Shown: positions 24,696-38,444, counted from the stretch's first letter. The stretch: DNA of 64,000 nt from Lepidodermella squamata (GCA_047495785.1 JBLDXI010000055.1:1178001-1242000); one strand, 5' to 3'. Notes: generated by a model not told the origin, from the letters alone. A program made the numbers and translations.

Positions 24696-26031
24696 GTTCC
24701 AAAAACCGAAATTTCCGTATATCAAATCATAATTGTGCACTAAGGCAACTGCAATAAGTAAATAAATATAAAACATAAGGAGTGATGAGCGATTAGAAAA
24801 AGATTTTAACCGGAAGAGAATAAGAAGAAAGTTGAAAATGAGCGAGCGACCATAAAGTTACCCAGACCAAAGGCCATTATCCGAGGATAGCAATGGCTAA
24901 AGTACGAGAGGAATGATATATCAGGCGCAAGCGCAGCTTACGATGCCCATCCCCGCTAAAGCAAAGTAGAACATCATATGATGCTTGTAAAGCTTGTTGC
25001 ATGAAAAACATGCTCGTTTGCTATGTCGTCATTCGTCATCCGGGGAATGTTCAAGGTGGTTGGTGCTAATACCGGGGTATCATAGACAAGACTTTTGCTG
25101 AGTCACCTTTCATGTTGATTGATCAAAATTGATTAAAGCTCAGAGATTCACAATTAAGCAGGCTGGCGGGGCAGCGTTTTGCATGGCATAAGATGAAGGT
25201 GCATTCTAAATACTCATGTACTAATTTAGGTCTCAGGCCCCATCGGTCAATTTGGGAGGCGTGATCCGAGAGAATTTATAATTGGGCTCGATACTCGCTA
25301 CTCGCTAAGTCAGCTAAGTCGCAGAAAGCAGATAAAACGGGGAAGATCGAAGATCCAGTCGAACCTATTAACTGGGGTGTATAAGCTGTTGAATTAACAG
25401 TTTAGCCCAAAGAAGCATTTTCAATTCAACTTGGACCAAAAAGGTAACCATTTCGACGGAACCACTCGCTTACCTTCTGCATCCCGTAAATCCGTCACCC
25501 AAGCGACGCTCTACCCCGCAAAAGCGCGCTAGAAATTTTGAAAAGTTCTTTTACGCCACTGCTTACGTTTTGCCTGTTTATTATCAAAATATTGTTATCG
25601 ACGTACAAAAATTCTAAAAGTTTGAAGGACTTTTTAGGCGCTAAAAAATAACCTCACACCGGCCGACGCTGTCGCGAAAGTTGAAGTTCCGAGTTCTCCG
25701 AACGGCCATTTGCCGGCATCTCGCATCCCTCATAATACTGAATACTGAGGGGAGGCTCGAGGAAATTCGAGAGACTTCAAGTACGTCCTAGATTTTATTT
25801 GAGTGCTGCTTCCTCGAAGCTCGAAGAATGCCAGATACGCCTGCCGCAGTTTGATCGTGTTTCTGATAACTGATATTTTGCTAGCTTCCATACTATCTTA
25901 AGACTCATTGCGACTGATTGCGGATAAAAAATCTCAATAGCGATACATTCGAAATCCTGATTGCTTCTTGGTCTTCCTCCATTTTCAATTGTCGATTGGC
26001 TTGGGGCTTTGTTTATAATGTGAGGAAAGGA

Positions 26032-26059
26032 AGCAAAGATGGCGCAGCAAAGATGGCGC
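26032..26059 (+). promoter_or_regulatory. Direct tandem 14-mer AGCAAAGATGGCGC x2, YY1-like motif, upstream of MICAL
   Basis: Exact tandem duplication containing the YY1 core AAGATGGCG, with a CCAAT box (ATTGG, 25995-25999) just upstream. Related ATGGC motifs lie at about 40515 and 58562 in other divergent spacers. Confidence 0.45.
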
Positions 26060-26315
26060 GGCCTCCTGCCGAAACATGGGAAAATTGTATCCAGCGATGC
26101 TGTTTTTAGGCATTTTCAGGCTATTTCTACGGAAAAGTCCTAAAAACTTATGGTTAAGGGTGATAATGACATAAATATCTTGAAATCTGAACTTTTCATT
26201 CGGTTTCAACGCTGCACGCTGCAAGTGCAAACTGTCATTTATTGCAAGCAGTAGACGCTTGATTTGATTGCTTTCAACTTTTCATTTCTTACCCACTGTC
26301 TTTAGGTTGTTAATT

Positions 26316-29300
26316 ATGTCGTGTGACACGGAGGCTTTTATAAATAGTTTCAATGGATTCTTCGCCGCCTCTAGTATTAATGCAACTTTGGATAATTTCA
26401 ATTTCATGTGCAGTAGCTTACAGGTTATAAGAAACCATGTTATATGACCATTTTATACTCAAGGTTGCCTCCTTCTAGGTTTGCTCGAAAAATCCCAGGC
26501 AGTTTATCGATCGAGCTCGATCATGCGCAAACGACCCTCGGCTGTTTAGGCTGAAAAGTCTTGTGCAGAAATTTGACCGGCGGTTTTCTCACGTTTGCTA
26601 TTCAAGCTGTCGTGATTCGCCAGTAGAGAATGCCAACGTTCTAATTGTTGGCAGTGGGCCGGCAGGTCTTCGAACAGCTATCGAATGTGTTTTCCTGGGT
26701 TGCAAGCGTATCGCTGTAATTGAAAAGCGGACCGAGTTTTCTCGTAATAACATCGTGCACCTATGGTCATTTGTTATCAGGTGGGTTCATTTTTGAATTT
26801 GCCTTGAAGTTTATCTTAATCCAAATTATTTAGAGATCTGATTGAATTAGGAGCTAAAATTTTCTTCCCAAAGTTTTGTACCGGGGACCTGGACCATATT
26901 TCGATCAAGCTTTTGCAACTAATTTTGCTCAAAATCGCACTATTACTTGGAGTTCAATTTTACGCACCCTGTGAATTTGCCGATTTGGACAAAGAGAGCT
27001 GTTTGCCCGTGTTGAACCCTTCTGATCATGAATTAGCGGGTCAATATTTTGATGTCATCGTTGGAGCATCTGGAGCTCGGTCTGTTATACCTGGATTTCA
27101 ATTCGCCGAAGACCGACGCGCTCTCGCTATTGGCATTACTGCCAATTTTAAAAACAAAAACTCTTTGCCGGAACAGCAAGCATCCGAGATTAGTGGCGTT
27201 GCGCGCCAATTCAACGCACAGTTTTTCGACGAGCTTAATAGCTATTCCGGAATTGACATCGAAAATCTCGTTTACTATAAAGGAGATACTCATTGTTAGT
27301 TTTCATTTTTACCAATGATTTTTTTCTAATGAAATATTTTTTTCAGATTTTGTTTGCACGGCGAGAAAGGCTAGTCTTCTGATGAAAGGGGTGTTGATTA
27401 ACGATCATCCCGAAACCGAACGATTGCTCTCCAAGTCGAATGTTTCACAATACAATTTATGCAACTACATGCGTGAACTCGCAAACATTTGCACTGCAAT
27501 GACGATTCCCGATTTAGAGTTTGAGTTGTGCGGTGGTGTGGAGGACACCGCAATATTTGATTTTACATCGTCTTATTATGCTAAACACAGCTCTCGAGCT
27601 ATTGTCAAACCCGATGGGCGGAAGTTGTTGATGTGCTTAGTTGGGGACTCGCTCCGTCTGCCCTTTTGGCCCGAAGGAACGGGTTGTCCGCGAGGATTTT
27701 TATCGAGCTACGACACGGCGTGGCTTATCCAGCACTGGTTTTCTCCCGATGCCACGCCCATAGAGTGCATCGCATTAAGGGAGTGTGTATATGGCTTGTA
27801 TTCGTCAACCAAACCGGACGTTTTATACAAAAATTTCACGGAACTGGAGCGTTTTCATCTGGATCCACAGACACGTTATCGACAGCTGGATTTATCTACG
27901 GCCCATATACATTTACCCAAGGCACGCGCGCTCATCGACGGGGTTGTTATTGTTCCCGACGCACCATTTGCTTTTCTTAATAATCATGCCGTAGCGAATG
28001 GCAACGGCAAAGTTATCAATGGCCGTGCTAAGCGTACGAGCGATGGGCCGCGTAGTAATCAGTCGGGCCCCATTCCTGAGAGACTGCACAAATGGTGCTT
28101 GCAGCGCCTGAGGCCTTACAGCGAGCTACTTCCTAGTCTTGATAAGGAAATATCTTTTTTGGACGGGATGGCTTTGTGCTGTTTGTTGCATAGCATCCGT
28201 CCGTCGGCCGTTGATTTATTCGCAATCACACCTGGTCCTCTGGCGGTTGAAACATTTTTGAATGCTATTTTTCGTGAATTTACGATTGCGCCACAGCTGA
28301 CCTCGTCGGAATTAATGGCCGGATCAAATCAGAACGCCGTAATCAGGTTACTCCTGCAACTCTACAGCGTCACCAGCCATGCTGAAAGGCAAGCGGCTCA
28401 AGCTAGGAATCCACCTCAAGATGAGAAGAGAGCTGCTGAAGTTGCTGCGAAAGCTGAAAAATTAAAAGAACTAGGCCGAGGTTTGCGGCAGCAGCGCAAG
28501 CATCAAATGGCCGTTGAGCAATTACTTTTCGGCGAAAAAAATCTGTCACTCGAAGAGAAAAAGATGAAACTGAAAGAATTGTTCTTGCTTGGTCAAGGAA
28601 ACGCTCCGCAACCGAACGGACCTTCGCCTACTAGTGCCGCTGCTGTGAGTCATGAAGAATTCGAAGAGCGGCGATCTCGTTTGAAAGAAATGTTTGATGG
28701 CGAAAGTTTTTCCAAGAACGACAGTGAAAATGTTAGTGCAAAATGTGCCGTTGAAATGTCTGAATCACTGAAGGACCGGCGCGATATTTTGGTTAAAAAA
28801 TTGATGGGAGCGTATGAGCAACCAACGACGAGAATGGACCCGGGCAAAATTTCTGGTCTTTTGTCGGCATCGTCTGGCGTGAAGCGAGTTCAGTCACCAC
28901 CAACATCTGTTGACATATCGCAGACTGCTAAGAAGTTATTCGAGTCGTTCGCTAACTCGAGCACTATGTCTGACGAGCAAAAGGCGGTTGCAGCGGCGCT
29001 TTTCGAAGCTAGGCTCCGAGGACAAAGGCGACAAACTTCGCTCGATGCGAAATCGGAGGCTTTGAATGTTGGACCACCGCCCGTCAGGAATGTGCCGCAT
29101 CTGACGGTTATTGATCGAAAGAAACAGCTAATTAATAGCAATAAACCAGCCGCCGGTCGCCAGACCAAGAAAACGCACCCTGACGAAAGCGCGCACATTC
29201 CGGTGCTAGAGATGAAAGATCGATTGGGAATTGCGTGTGACTACACCCAAAAGCACACTGAGCCTGTCGAGAAGTCTCAAATGCCGATATCCGAATTGGC

Positions 29301-31386
29301 AAAACGCATTGCGACAAGCACTGCTCAGAATCATACACAGCCGGACCGCAGACCTGAGCTGCAAATTGTCAATCAGGACTATCAGCCATGTTGTTACATC
29401 TGCTCTGACCGTTTGTATGTCACTGAGCGAATGCAAGTCGGCGAGTACGCTGTCCATCGAGACTGCTTTCGGTGTTCGGTTTGCAGGCGGTTACTTCGCT
29501 GGTCCAATTACGCTGCTGTTGAGAACATAACTCTGAAACGGTTTATTTTTGTTTGCCCCTCTCATGTCGAAAACAACGAGTTGGCCGAGTATTTCGCTAA
29601 TTACAAAGACAAAATGGGCGAAATTCGCGTTGAAACAGCAAAGAAACCGTCATCTCAGGTCACATCGCCTACAGAGGAGAGCAAACCTCAAGTCGCTCCC
29701 ACCTTCGTTGAAACGTTCATTCAAACTACGAAACCGCTTATTCCAGTAGAGACTGTTGAAAGCCCGAAAACTGAAGAAGCTGTAACTGAGGAGTACATAC
29801 CAAGCGAAGAGGACGAGGAATTGTGCTACGAAGTTGACGAGGACGAGGAGAGCGAGGAAGAAGAAGAGGAAGAAATTGACGTCAATGAAGAAATCGAGGA
29901 CGTCAGTAACGAAGATGAGTTAGAAGGATCCGTTTCCAGCAGCATTGAGGAGGAAGGCGTGCATAGCGATGAGATGAATTCAGTTGTAGATGGACGCGAA
30001 GATCACGAGGAGCATGCTGATGAGAGTAACAGTGACCATGCTGCTTCTTCTGCTTCCTCTTCGAAACCAGATCTTGAGCTGCGCGGTAGCGTCAAAATTG
30101 ATTCTTGGCTCCATCAGCAACTACTGCAACAACGTCAACAGAAATTAATTGCAGCAAAACAAGCTTTTCTAGCATCATCTCAGCCGACTACTCTCTCGCT
30201 ACCGATGTCGCCCAATGTGAATGACGGCAATAAACGATTTGTATTGCCACCTCCCATTAACGATGTTTCTCCCATCGATGAAAAAGTTAATCGCTGTGAT
30301 TTGTTGATGGAATGCGATAGCGATGATTCCGCCGCCAAAGGTGCTGATAGCAGCAAGGAAATTGACGCGTTGGCTTCAGATTACGCGAAACAGATGACAG
30401 TCATGTTGCCACAGGACGAAAAGCCAGCGATGAACCACTCGCCATCAAATGGATCTAGCGTGAAGAACATGTTTACAAAATTCACCAAATCTTTGGATGC
30501 TTCGTTGGCTAAATTGGGTGGAAGAAACCGTTCGCCAACCAACTCGACCTCGCCAAATCCACCGTTGAGTGGAGAAACTACCACAAGTGATGAACAGCAC
30601 TCTGATGTGGACGAATCGCAATCTCATCATCAGCCAAAATGGCGTCGCTTTGCCAATAGTTTGTTATCTGGCAGTTGGACTCGGCCAAACCGCTCGAATT
30701 CGACCGAAGCTCCAGTTTCGCCGACTAAAACGAACGGTTCTGCGAAAAAACCGACTAGAAACCGCCCTGACTCAGTGCTCGACATGTTATACGGATCTCC
30801 TGGTGATAAGATCGCCGAAGAGCATACCCAGAGCGCTTCGGAAGAGATTATGACGGCGGCTGCAGAGCGACGGCGCCAAGCATTGATTCAGTTTGTCTCG
30901 AATGAAGAAAACAAACGTAACCACTCGAGTTTAGTGAAAGATGCTCAACGCGTAATCAGCGACCTTGAGAAGGTCGAAGCTGAGCGTATTCGTCTCGAGG
31001 AAGAGATCTCGCATATCGACCGAACTCAGCCGCTGCAGATTTACAGCGGCAACTCACCGTCTCAGCCGGTTGAAGACTGGTCTGTCAAACGCGCTGAAAT
31101 TGCGAAAAAGCGCTCGGAAATATTGCTAAAAGCAAAAGTTATCGAAATCGAAGCGGAAATGGACGATCTAATGAAGCGTTATCTTCTCGCCGCCCAAGGT
31201 TCGTTTATTTGGAAATTTCGTGGAATATTCTTTACGATTTTGTAATTTTTAGGCTCTAAAGACGTAGAAAACAATCAAACCCCAGAGCAGTTGATGCATC
31301 AAATTGCTGTTCTTGCTGGTGATCGTGATGCAATTTCTAACCTGATTTCAAACGGAGCTGATAAACGTACTGCCTCGCCAACTTGA
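26316..31386 (+). CDS. MICAL: MICAL F-actin monooxygenase (FAD monooxygenase + CH + LIM + C-terminal coiled coil); 5 coding exons
   Basis: VLIVGSGPAGLRTAIE, FSRNNIVHLW, LAIGITANF, GIDIENLVYYKGDTH, LVGDSL..PFWPEGTGC.RGFLSSYD; CH domain (DGMALCCLLH..RP); LIM domain (CYIC..HRDCFRCSVC..CPSH); terminal coiled coil. Confidence 0.95.
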
Positions 31387-32458
31387 GATCCAAGGTCGAC
31401 TTTGCTCTCGACTTGCATGCATTATTACTTCTTTCAAACAAAGCGTTTAGCCGTATTAGTACAACCGAATAACCTCAGCTCAGAATTAGCAATATACCGG
31501 ATTGCATTGCCTTTTTTATATTCCGCCTTCACTAGTCTTGTTGAGTGTGTACGCGAGCAGTTCTTTCAGTTGCTATTAGACTTCTTAATTGCTCCATGGC
31601 TCGAGGCGATTTGAGCTATCTCTCTTGAATTTTAGTGGTTTTCGTCTCTCAACTGCTTCTAGCGATCGTCTTTGTGCTGAACTCGCTACAAAATAATCAT
31701 CACTCATGTGCAAATTGAAATGTTTTTACTGTTTCTGGTCTAACGCATCGCAAGTTCATGGAATCTCTCGTATCGTACCTGTATTTTATTAGTAATTCGA
31801 TTTTAATTCTTCGTGAGCATGAGTGGACCCTGCTTTTAACCTGCGTGATTGCTGCCTAGCCCGTTCACCTGTGTCGAACTTTTCTATGTGACATACCCAT
31901 TATGGAGTGGACGCGTGCGTTGACTCATCAATATTATCAGAATATCTGAAATTTCCCGTTAATGTCATCCCGTTCACTCTGTTGCATATTTCTAATATTT
32001 TTATGCGTTTGAGTTGGTTAGCTGTGGATTTGCGGCAAAACTAAGTCTTCCGGTTTAGGATTAAATAACAAAGTTAACGACCACTGTAAACTTAAATATT
32101 ATGTGAAATTGTAGAGATGAAAGTGAAAAAACCTATGTTCTATCGAGAGGTATACTTACCCAGGTATACCTAATAACGAAAGGATATTTTTATACGACGA
32201 TTCTTCTCATTTAATAGCTTTTACGAAGAAGCAGTAGTCGCGTGTGTAATCCAATAGCGGCTTTTTACGTTGCTCATAGGTAGCCGCTTTCATGTTATCG
32301 GTTGATATCACCTCTGCTTCTCAATAACTCGCATTACAAATTCAAGGCTTCATTGGAGTTACGATCACATTATCACAAAAAATGAAAAATTTCAATGTAA
32401 ATGAATTCTGTTTTAATTTTAGGTATTCTATTATTAATTGTATTTCGAGCTTTCATCA

Positions 32459-32985
32459 ATGGTTTTAATTCCTCTCCTCCGGTTAGTTTTTACATTATTT
32501 AATCTCGAAATTATGTACATTTACTTCTGTTCAGAATTTCGGCTAAGGCCGCAATCTTGGGCAGTGGCATCTACATCACTCACAAGCAAGGCATATGGGG
32601 CGATAGTGAGCAAGGTCACGAAGCGGCGAAGAAGATTGCTGAAGCCGCCAAGAAAGTTCTACACGAAACCGGAACGCCAAATGGACCTCTTGAGAAGATC
32701 AAGAGCAATTTATTGCCAGAAGGCACTGATATTCAAATTTTGGATAAGCTGCCCGCCATGCAAATTTCATCGTGTGAAAACCTCCGGACGCAGCTAGCCC
32801 TCTCATGGAATTCAAGTATGTGTTGGAATTCTTGATCTTATTTCATACTAACTTGAATTCTCTTTTTTTCAGTGGTTGACTCCTCCGTCGACACTGTTCG
32901 AAATGCTCCGCAACTGATGTGCTCATCGGTGAAAACTATTCAAAGATGGGTTCGCTCTGCAACCGCTCCTGAGGATAAACAATGA
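32459..32985 (+). CDS. MICOS13: MICOS complex subunit MIC13/QIL1; 3 exons
   Basis: The spliced product MVLIPLLRISAKAAILGSGIYITHKQGIWGDSEQG...SWNS has the QIL1 GxxxG-like TM segment, the QGIW motif and the WN motif. Confidence 0.8.
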
Positions 32986-33284
32986 AATTATGAAACGCTC
33001 TTTCCTGTATAGAAATGAACCAATAAAATAATCCCGCTGTTAAAATTAAACGGTGAAGACGGAGCGCAATGCTCCACCTGAAATTTCTTCGTCAGAATAA
33101 AAGACTTTACCCACTTCATTATCACTGTTTTGATTTATTTCCGACGTGAGTGCGCTTGCGCCAAGCGCGATAACATCAAGACTAAGTGGGAATGTATGGG
33201 GTGTAACATGACTCCTCGCATAACAACTTGTTGTGAGTATGAAAAGACTAGAAGCACCTGTGAGTCGGTGGAAGGAGTTGGATT

Positions 33285-34791
33285 CTACCACGCATCGTTG
33301 GCGAATTTTGGTACTGTTGGGCTCGAATAACTGTAAAATTAGGTATTAGATTCAACAAATCAAGCAAACGAGACGCGTGTGACTTACTAAGGCAAATCGC
33401 CCTCTGACCATGGTGTTACCGATTCTTTATTGCAGTAGTAACAGCAGCAAACTATGCCTCCCGCTAGCAAAGCTATTCCGACGAGAATTGAACCGACAAT
33501 CTAAGGAACACGACAAGCTACATTTGATACCCAGGTATTTTTGTTCGTTTTCTCACCACTGGTACAAGAAAAGCAACGTTGCTGGTTATCGCCGTCACTG
33601 TCACTGGAGTTGTGGAGCTGGTGGTAGATTCGCCTGTATAAATCGGACAACCCCAGCATATGGTTACAGACACCGATGATGAGAGCGGGTAACCATAGGC
33701 CGGCTACATTGTAACAGACACAAATGTATGGTGAAAGCTAATGTGTGTTTTTGGCATACATTATCACGGACTCCTAACACTAAAACGCGTTCCAGTCCGC
33801 TTGGCCAATCAATTGTTTTCAGAGTTAACAGTTGCGGAGAAGATTGGTTGTAGAATGAGAAGTATTGAGAGTATGAATCCAACGACACCATATACCTGCC
33901 AAAAGCAGCGGATATGTGATAATAAGTTACCGAAACAAGCAATTAGTCACACCATGTCAAGTTTCCATTAGTGGCTTTGTCAGTATCTGGATCAGTCGCA
34001 TAGGCAGTCAGGACGAAAGCTCCTGTTACAAACAAGAATAACATTGAATGGAGCAGTGCTATACATTTGCTTGCCTGTTGTTCCGTTCGTCAAGTAAACA
34101 TATCGCGGGAAAGAGTCATCAAACTTCGGTTGGTTGTTGTTACTGCACAAAAAACAAAGGGGATGCCAGGGCCTTGTAATCAATGGGAAATCCTACCCGC
34201 TAACAAGGTTAATTGTGACATAGGCCGTTGCTGTGTTGCCCTTGCCATCATTGCAGATAACTTCGCAATCCTAACAATAATTTTTAAGACAACCCTCGCG
34301 CTAAATTTGATGAAATTCGTTACCGGAACCCAGCCTGATATTGTTGTTACACTTGCAGATCTGGCGAGGACCATTTTTGTGCCGCTAAGAATAAATGAAA
34401 TAAAAATAAGATAATGTTCATCTCTTCTTCATATTATCGGCTTTACTTGAAAGTGAAATATGCCGTGAGACCGAACGGGCAATCGTTAACAGAAAAAGAT
34501 AAAGTTGAGGGTGTGCTTGTGTCTACGCATCTGCCTGAGGCATCAAAGCCGACGTAGGTGCCGGCCTGTTGCAGTAAACTTTTTTAAATTCAATTTTGAA
34601 GTTGGGAAGTTTCCTTACCGCCCCTTCAAATTGTGGATCAGCTAGGTAAGTTTGAGCAGTCCAAGTCACAGTTGCAAGTCCGGGCCCAAGGAAACCTGCA
34701 ATCCAGCATAGAAACGTAAATTTTGAAGGATTTCGCAAATAAACAAACAGGAAAGAATAGGTATCAGACTCGCGTACAGATATCTGAACAT
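33285..34791 (-). CDS. Small single-pass cadherin-domain protein (signal peptide, 2 EC repeats, TM, short tail); 10 exons
   Basis: Hand-spliced across 9 short introns with the frame preserved: MFRYLYASLIPILSCFLGPGLA..., CNDG..TAYVTINL..NNNQPKF, AYATDPDTDKATNGNLTWY, LLTLKTIDW, GVRDNPAYGYPLSSSVSVTI, a T-rich stalk, TM IVGSILVGIALLAGGIV and tail CCCYYCNKESVTPWSEGDLPYYSSPTVPKFANDAW. AATAAA (minus) at 33135-33140. Confidence 0.8.
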
Positions 34792-35505
34792 TTCAGCATA
34801 GGCTGCGTTTCATCTTTACTAATACCATCATTCCGAAAACATGCTGTATTAACGTAAAGTTTACAATTCAAGCTTAGGAATGGCGGAAATGTTTAGGGCG
34901 TTAACGTAAACTTCTATATAAGATATCGTTTTTGTAAAAAAAATCTCCACTGGTTTGTTTTCTATTCATTCAAGGATACGTAGCAACCGTGTGAATAGAT
35001 CGCTGATTCCTCAGTACGCGGACTTCTCTATTCAAATATTATTACTTTAACGACGCCTCAAAGGCAGCATATAATAACGTCGCCGTTCTGAGAGAAGTTG
35101 ATTTCATGAATAGTGTCGCACTTGCCGATAGTTCTGGTTCATGATGGAACCAATACTGAACATATCCAATACTGAGTAAATTTTATGTGTTAGGCATATC
35201 GTCCATGGACGCAGGTGTATATCCACAGTCCTAAGACAACAAATTTCAGGCAACAAATCTTTTGCGACAAAGTCTGAGAATTTTCGAGTTCAACACCTAG
35301 GCAGATTTGTAGCTAAACACAAGTGCTTGCTAGTTAATTTTTTATTACATTCACGTCATATGTAGTTACAAGCCGGCTAACACTTAGAACGTCGAGGCAT
35401 ATTTATAAACTTGGACATAAATTTTGACATGTGCGAGCGTTAGCAACTAATCAACCATACTGTACAAAACATTAGTAGCTGTTACAGGCGTCGACAAGGG
35501 CGTTT

Positions 35506-37774
35506 CTACAGTTTCATACGGCTGAATGCTGGTAAAATGATGAACATGATGAATGGGGTTAGGATAATGCTAGCCAGGTAAAAAACCAAGGTGAAGCGAT
35601 CGACCACTTGCGCAACAAAAATCCAACGCCTGGAGACTTCTGACGGGGTCGCATCCGAAAGTGAGTTCGAATCGGACATTGGGAAAGATGAGTCGCAATT
35701 GGTCAGTGTTATGCTCGGCTGATCGTAGCCAGCAACTGCAAGACTCCTAGTCTGACTTATTTTCACATGAGGCGATTGTTCGGCAATATTCGCAAGAAAA
35801 GCCGTTGCTTCCTCCTGCGTCTGGTGCAAAACCTGTTTATTGGCCTCAGAGTTGTGGCGCTTTCTCGCCGAATCGAAAATATTCGAATGCTTTCGTATCA
35901 CTTTTTGTTTTTTGTTTTCTCGCAAGAGGCCGTCTCGTGAAAGGCGCACTAATATTACATCATCGACGCCGTCTTCAGAAATTCGCAACAAAGTGCCGAA
36001 GATTTTCGCAACTTTGTAAGTTATGGGCCAAACTGGCTACAAAGCGGAATGAAAGGTTTTTAGCACAATGAAGATTGCTCTGATTTTTTATATTTGGCAC
36101 CAACAATACCTTTTTCTTGTTCGACTTCGCGTACAAAACGTAGCAAATGCCTTCCAGCAGAATAGTCAGGCCTAAAAGATAAAATGTTTTCCGCAAGCTC
36201 AATATTAAAACGAGAAACAAACCGATAAGTGACATTTGCCAAACGATATAAATTGAAAGCAGAGCTAAAATACAGCCAACGTGGCTTATCAAAACCGATC
36301 ATATAGAAAATAGAGTTACGTGTGTTTTGCGAGCTCCGCGGCATGTCCCCTGAAACAATTTGTTAATCCTCGTTTTCACAGAGATTCATGCAACTTACCG
36401 ATAATCATCACTTGAAATACAGAGTACGACAAGAGGCAGGTAAAAGAGATGTGAAGCTTCACAACGTCATCTTCCTATAGGAAAGACGAAAGTCTCATAT
36501 TATCTGAGGCGTGCGCGAGCAACCTACTTCGAGAGAAAAGGTCACCAATTCTACTACTGAAATAACGAAACTTGGCAGTATAACGTTGAGGTTGTAGTAG
36601 GCAACCTTGCGCCGTAGAACCAAAATGAACTCGGCCTGGTAATTTGAATCAAATTGTTAAGTGAGAGGTGTATTAATTGCTACTCAGGCAAACCTGGTGA
36701 TATGTTCGGTTATCTACAAGAAATCAAAATAGATTGAAATTCATCATGGGAAAATCATGGTTACCCTCATATTGCTCTTCGTTGAGTCTGGCATCTCGGG
36801 CAATCAGGTCCCATTGTTCGTTTTCCTTATAACGCAGAAGTATAAATGGCTCCTCCCAGAATACGAAGTGCTGCACTTCGTACGAATTAGACCAAGATTC
36901 AAAGTGAAGAGAGCAATTATGCTCGTCGAATGGGAATAGCGATAAATCAAGAGAGCAGTATATAGCGAAATCGCCCCCTGGGCTGAACGAATTTCTGCCA
37001 TCACTGTCCATCCCAACTAAAAACCCCGGCATCGTTGTCATTCCGAACATTTTATCGGCCCTGCACGATATTTCTATGAGCCAAGCCAAAAAGTCGGAAA
37101 AACTCACGAGTTGATTAGGGCTACGTCAGGAATCCAAATTTTTTCGGGCTCATTAGTCAATCGGCGGATGCTACAATATGGTGACGTCTCGTTCCAAATA
37201 GCGAACTCGTTATACCACTCCTGCAAGTAACTTGGTTCAAAAGCGTTTATAGAGCTAAAGTTATGTAATTTACCAGTTGCAAATAACCAGCCAGTCTGAT
37301 ATGGCCTTCCTTCTCTTTCTGCGTGAATAAAAATGGATAGAGAGCTGCAGTAAATTTTGAAAAAGCCAACCACAGAAATAATTCCTTGTAAAACCAAAGC
37401 GAACGCAACTTCGACAGATTGAGTTCCATTCTTAACAGGTCGATCCTTAGGATCATACTTGGCCTCCGCCATCGTCAAATTTATGTAAGCTCTGACGGAT
37501 GTATCCGTGACTAAATTATATATCAATGAAACTATTATAGACTTTAAAAGACAAAAGACTCACTGGTGTAGTTGGAAAGCGTGCAGTTGTCCGATGCATA
37601 CATTTCCATTTGATGATTTCGCACAGGAGCTGTTTTGCCTAGGTTCCGCGCGTTTATCAAAATGAAGCACATCGACAAGAATAGGTGAAACGACATGGAC
37701 TTGCCGATTTGGTTGCATGCCGCCATTGGAAATATGCTTTCCAACAGTAAGAATGTCAACAGCATAATCAGCAT
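35506..37774 (-). CDS. Cys-loop pentameric ligand-gated ion channel subunit, nAChR-like, non-alpha; about 12-13 exons
   Basis: Signal peptide, YDPKDRPVKN, IWIPDVAL.NS, Cys loop CSLDLSLFPFDEHNC, FESW, ENEQWDL, LRRK.AYY..NVILP (M1), M2-M3 MPRSS.NTPLL and M4 W.FVAQVVDRF. Confidence 0.9.
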
Positions 37775-38444
37775 TTATTAAGTTTCGGGAAATTATTCCA
37801 TGGGCAGTACTTCAGAGCGTCGGTTTATCCCGAAAGAGTTGCCCTTTGATTATCGAAAGAAAAAAGCATATAGCACTCAGAAATCGCCGTTACTCACTTC
37901 ACGAACGCTGAGACAAGCAAATATTTGTCGGAATAGACGGCATAAAAGAACGAAGTGACAACCGGCTTCTCTCAGGTATAAGAGCGAATAAGTCAGTGCC
38001 ACATAATTGACCTATCAATAGATCCGTTCAATACCTAAATGGCAATTTCGTATTATTTCGGTTCGCAAATGGTAATTTTGCGATTAAAGTAATAATATCC
38101 TTTCGCAAGCGAACCGATTTCGTCTGCACATCTGGTACTGATATGTAGCTGATACGACTAATTATTGTTTCAAGTGTTCAAATTTATCATATGTTTCATA
38201 TAGAAATTTCAATTATATGCTATCGTGACCGATAATGCTGCTCGCTCCGTCTGACAATGAAAGCCAGTTTCTTCAAGCTTTAGGCGCAACACACAGCTGT
38301 CGATCTACATATTTTCTGCCGTTGGTAGTTAGTTCAAAAGCACATAGTAGTTCTACGATTCAAAATCTTTTATTTTCTGTTAAAATTTGAATCAATATTC
38401 GAGATGCAAATGGAAGAACGTAAAAAAACGATGGTAATGTGGCA

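Noticed and set aside
25420-25545. Possible SL RNA gene (AAG|GTAACC donor, GACGGA/TCCGTC hairpin, AATTTTG Sm-like site)
   Set aside because: Single copy with weak motifs, and no known leader sequence to match. Cannot be supported without transcript 5' ends.
32148-32171. ATACTTACC, identical to the U1 snRNA 5' end
   Set aside because: The downstream sequence has no U1 stem-loops or Sm site; it is simply part of an 8-bp hairpin.
33046-33291. ORF MVESNSF...FTV as the cadherin cytoplasmic tail
   Set aside because: Intron phase puts the last exon in another frame that ends at TAG 33285, and an AATAAA lies inside this ORF, so it is 3'UTR.
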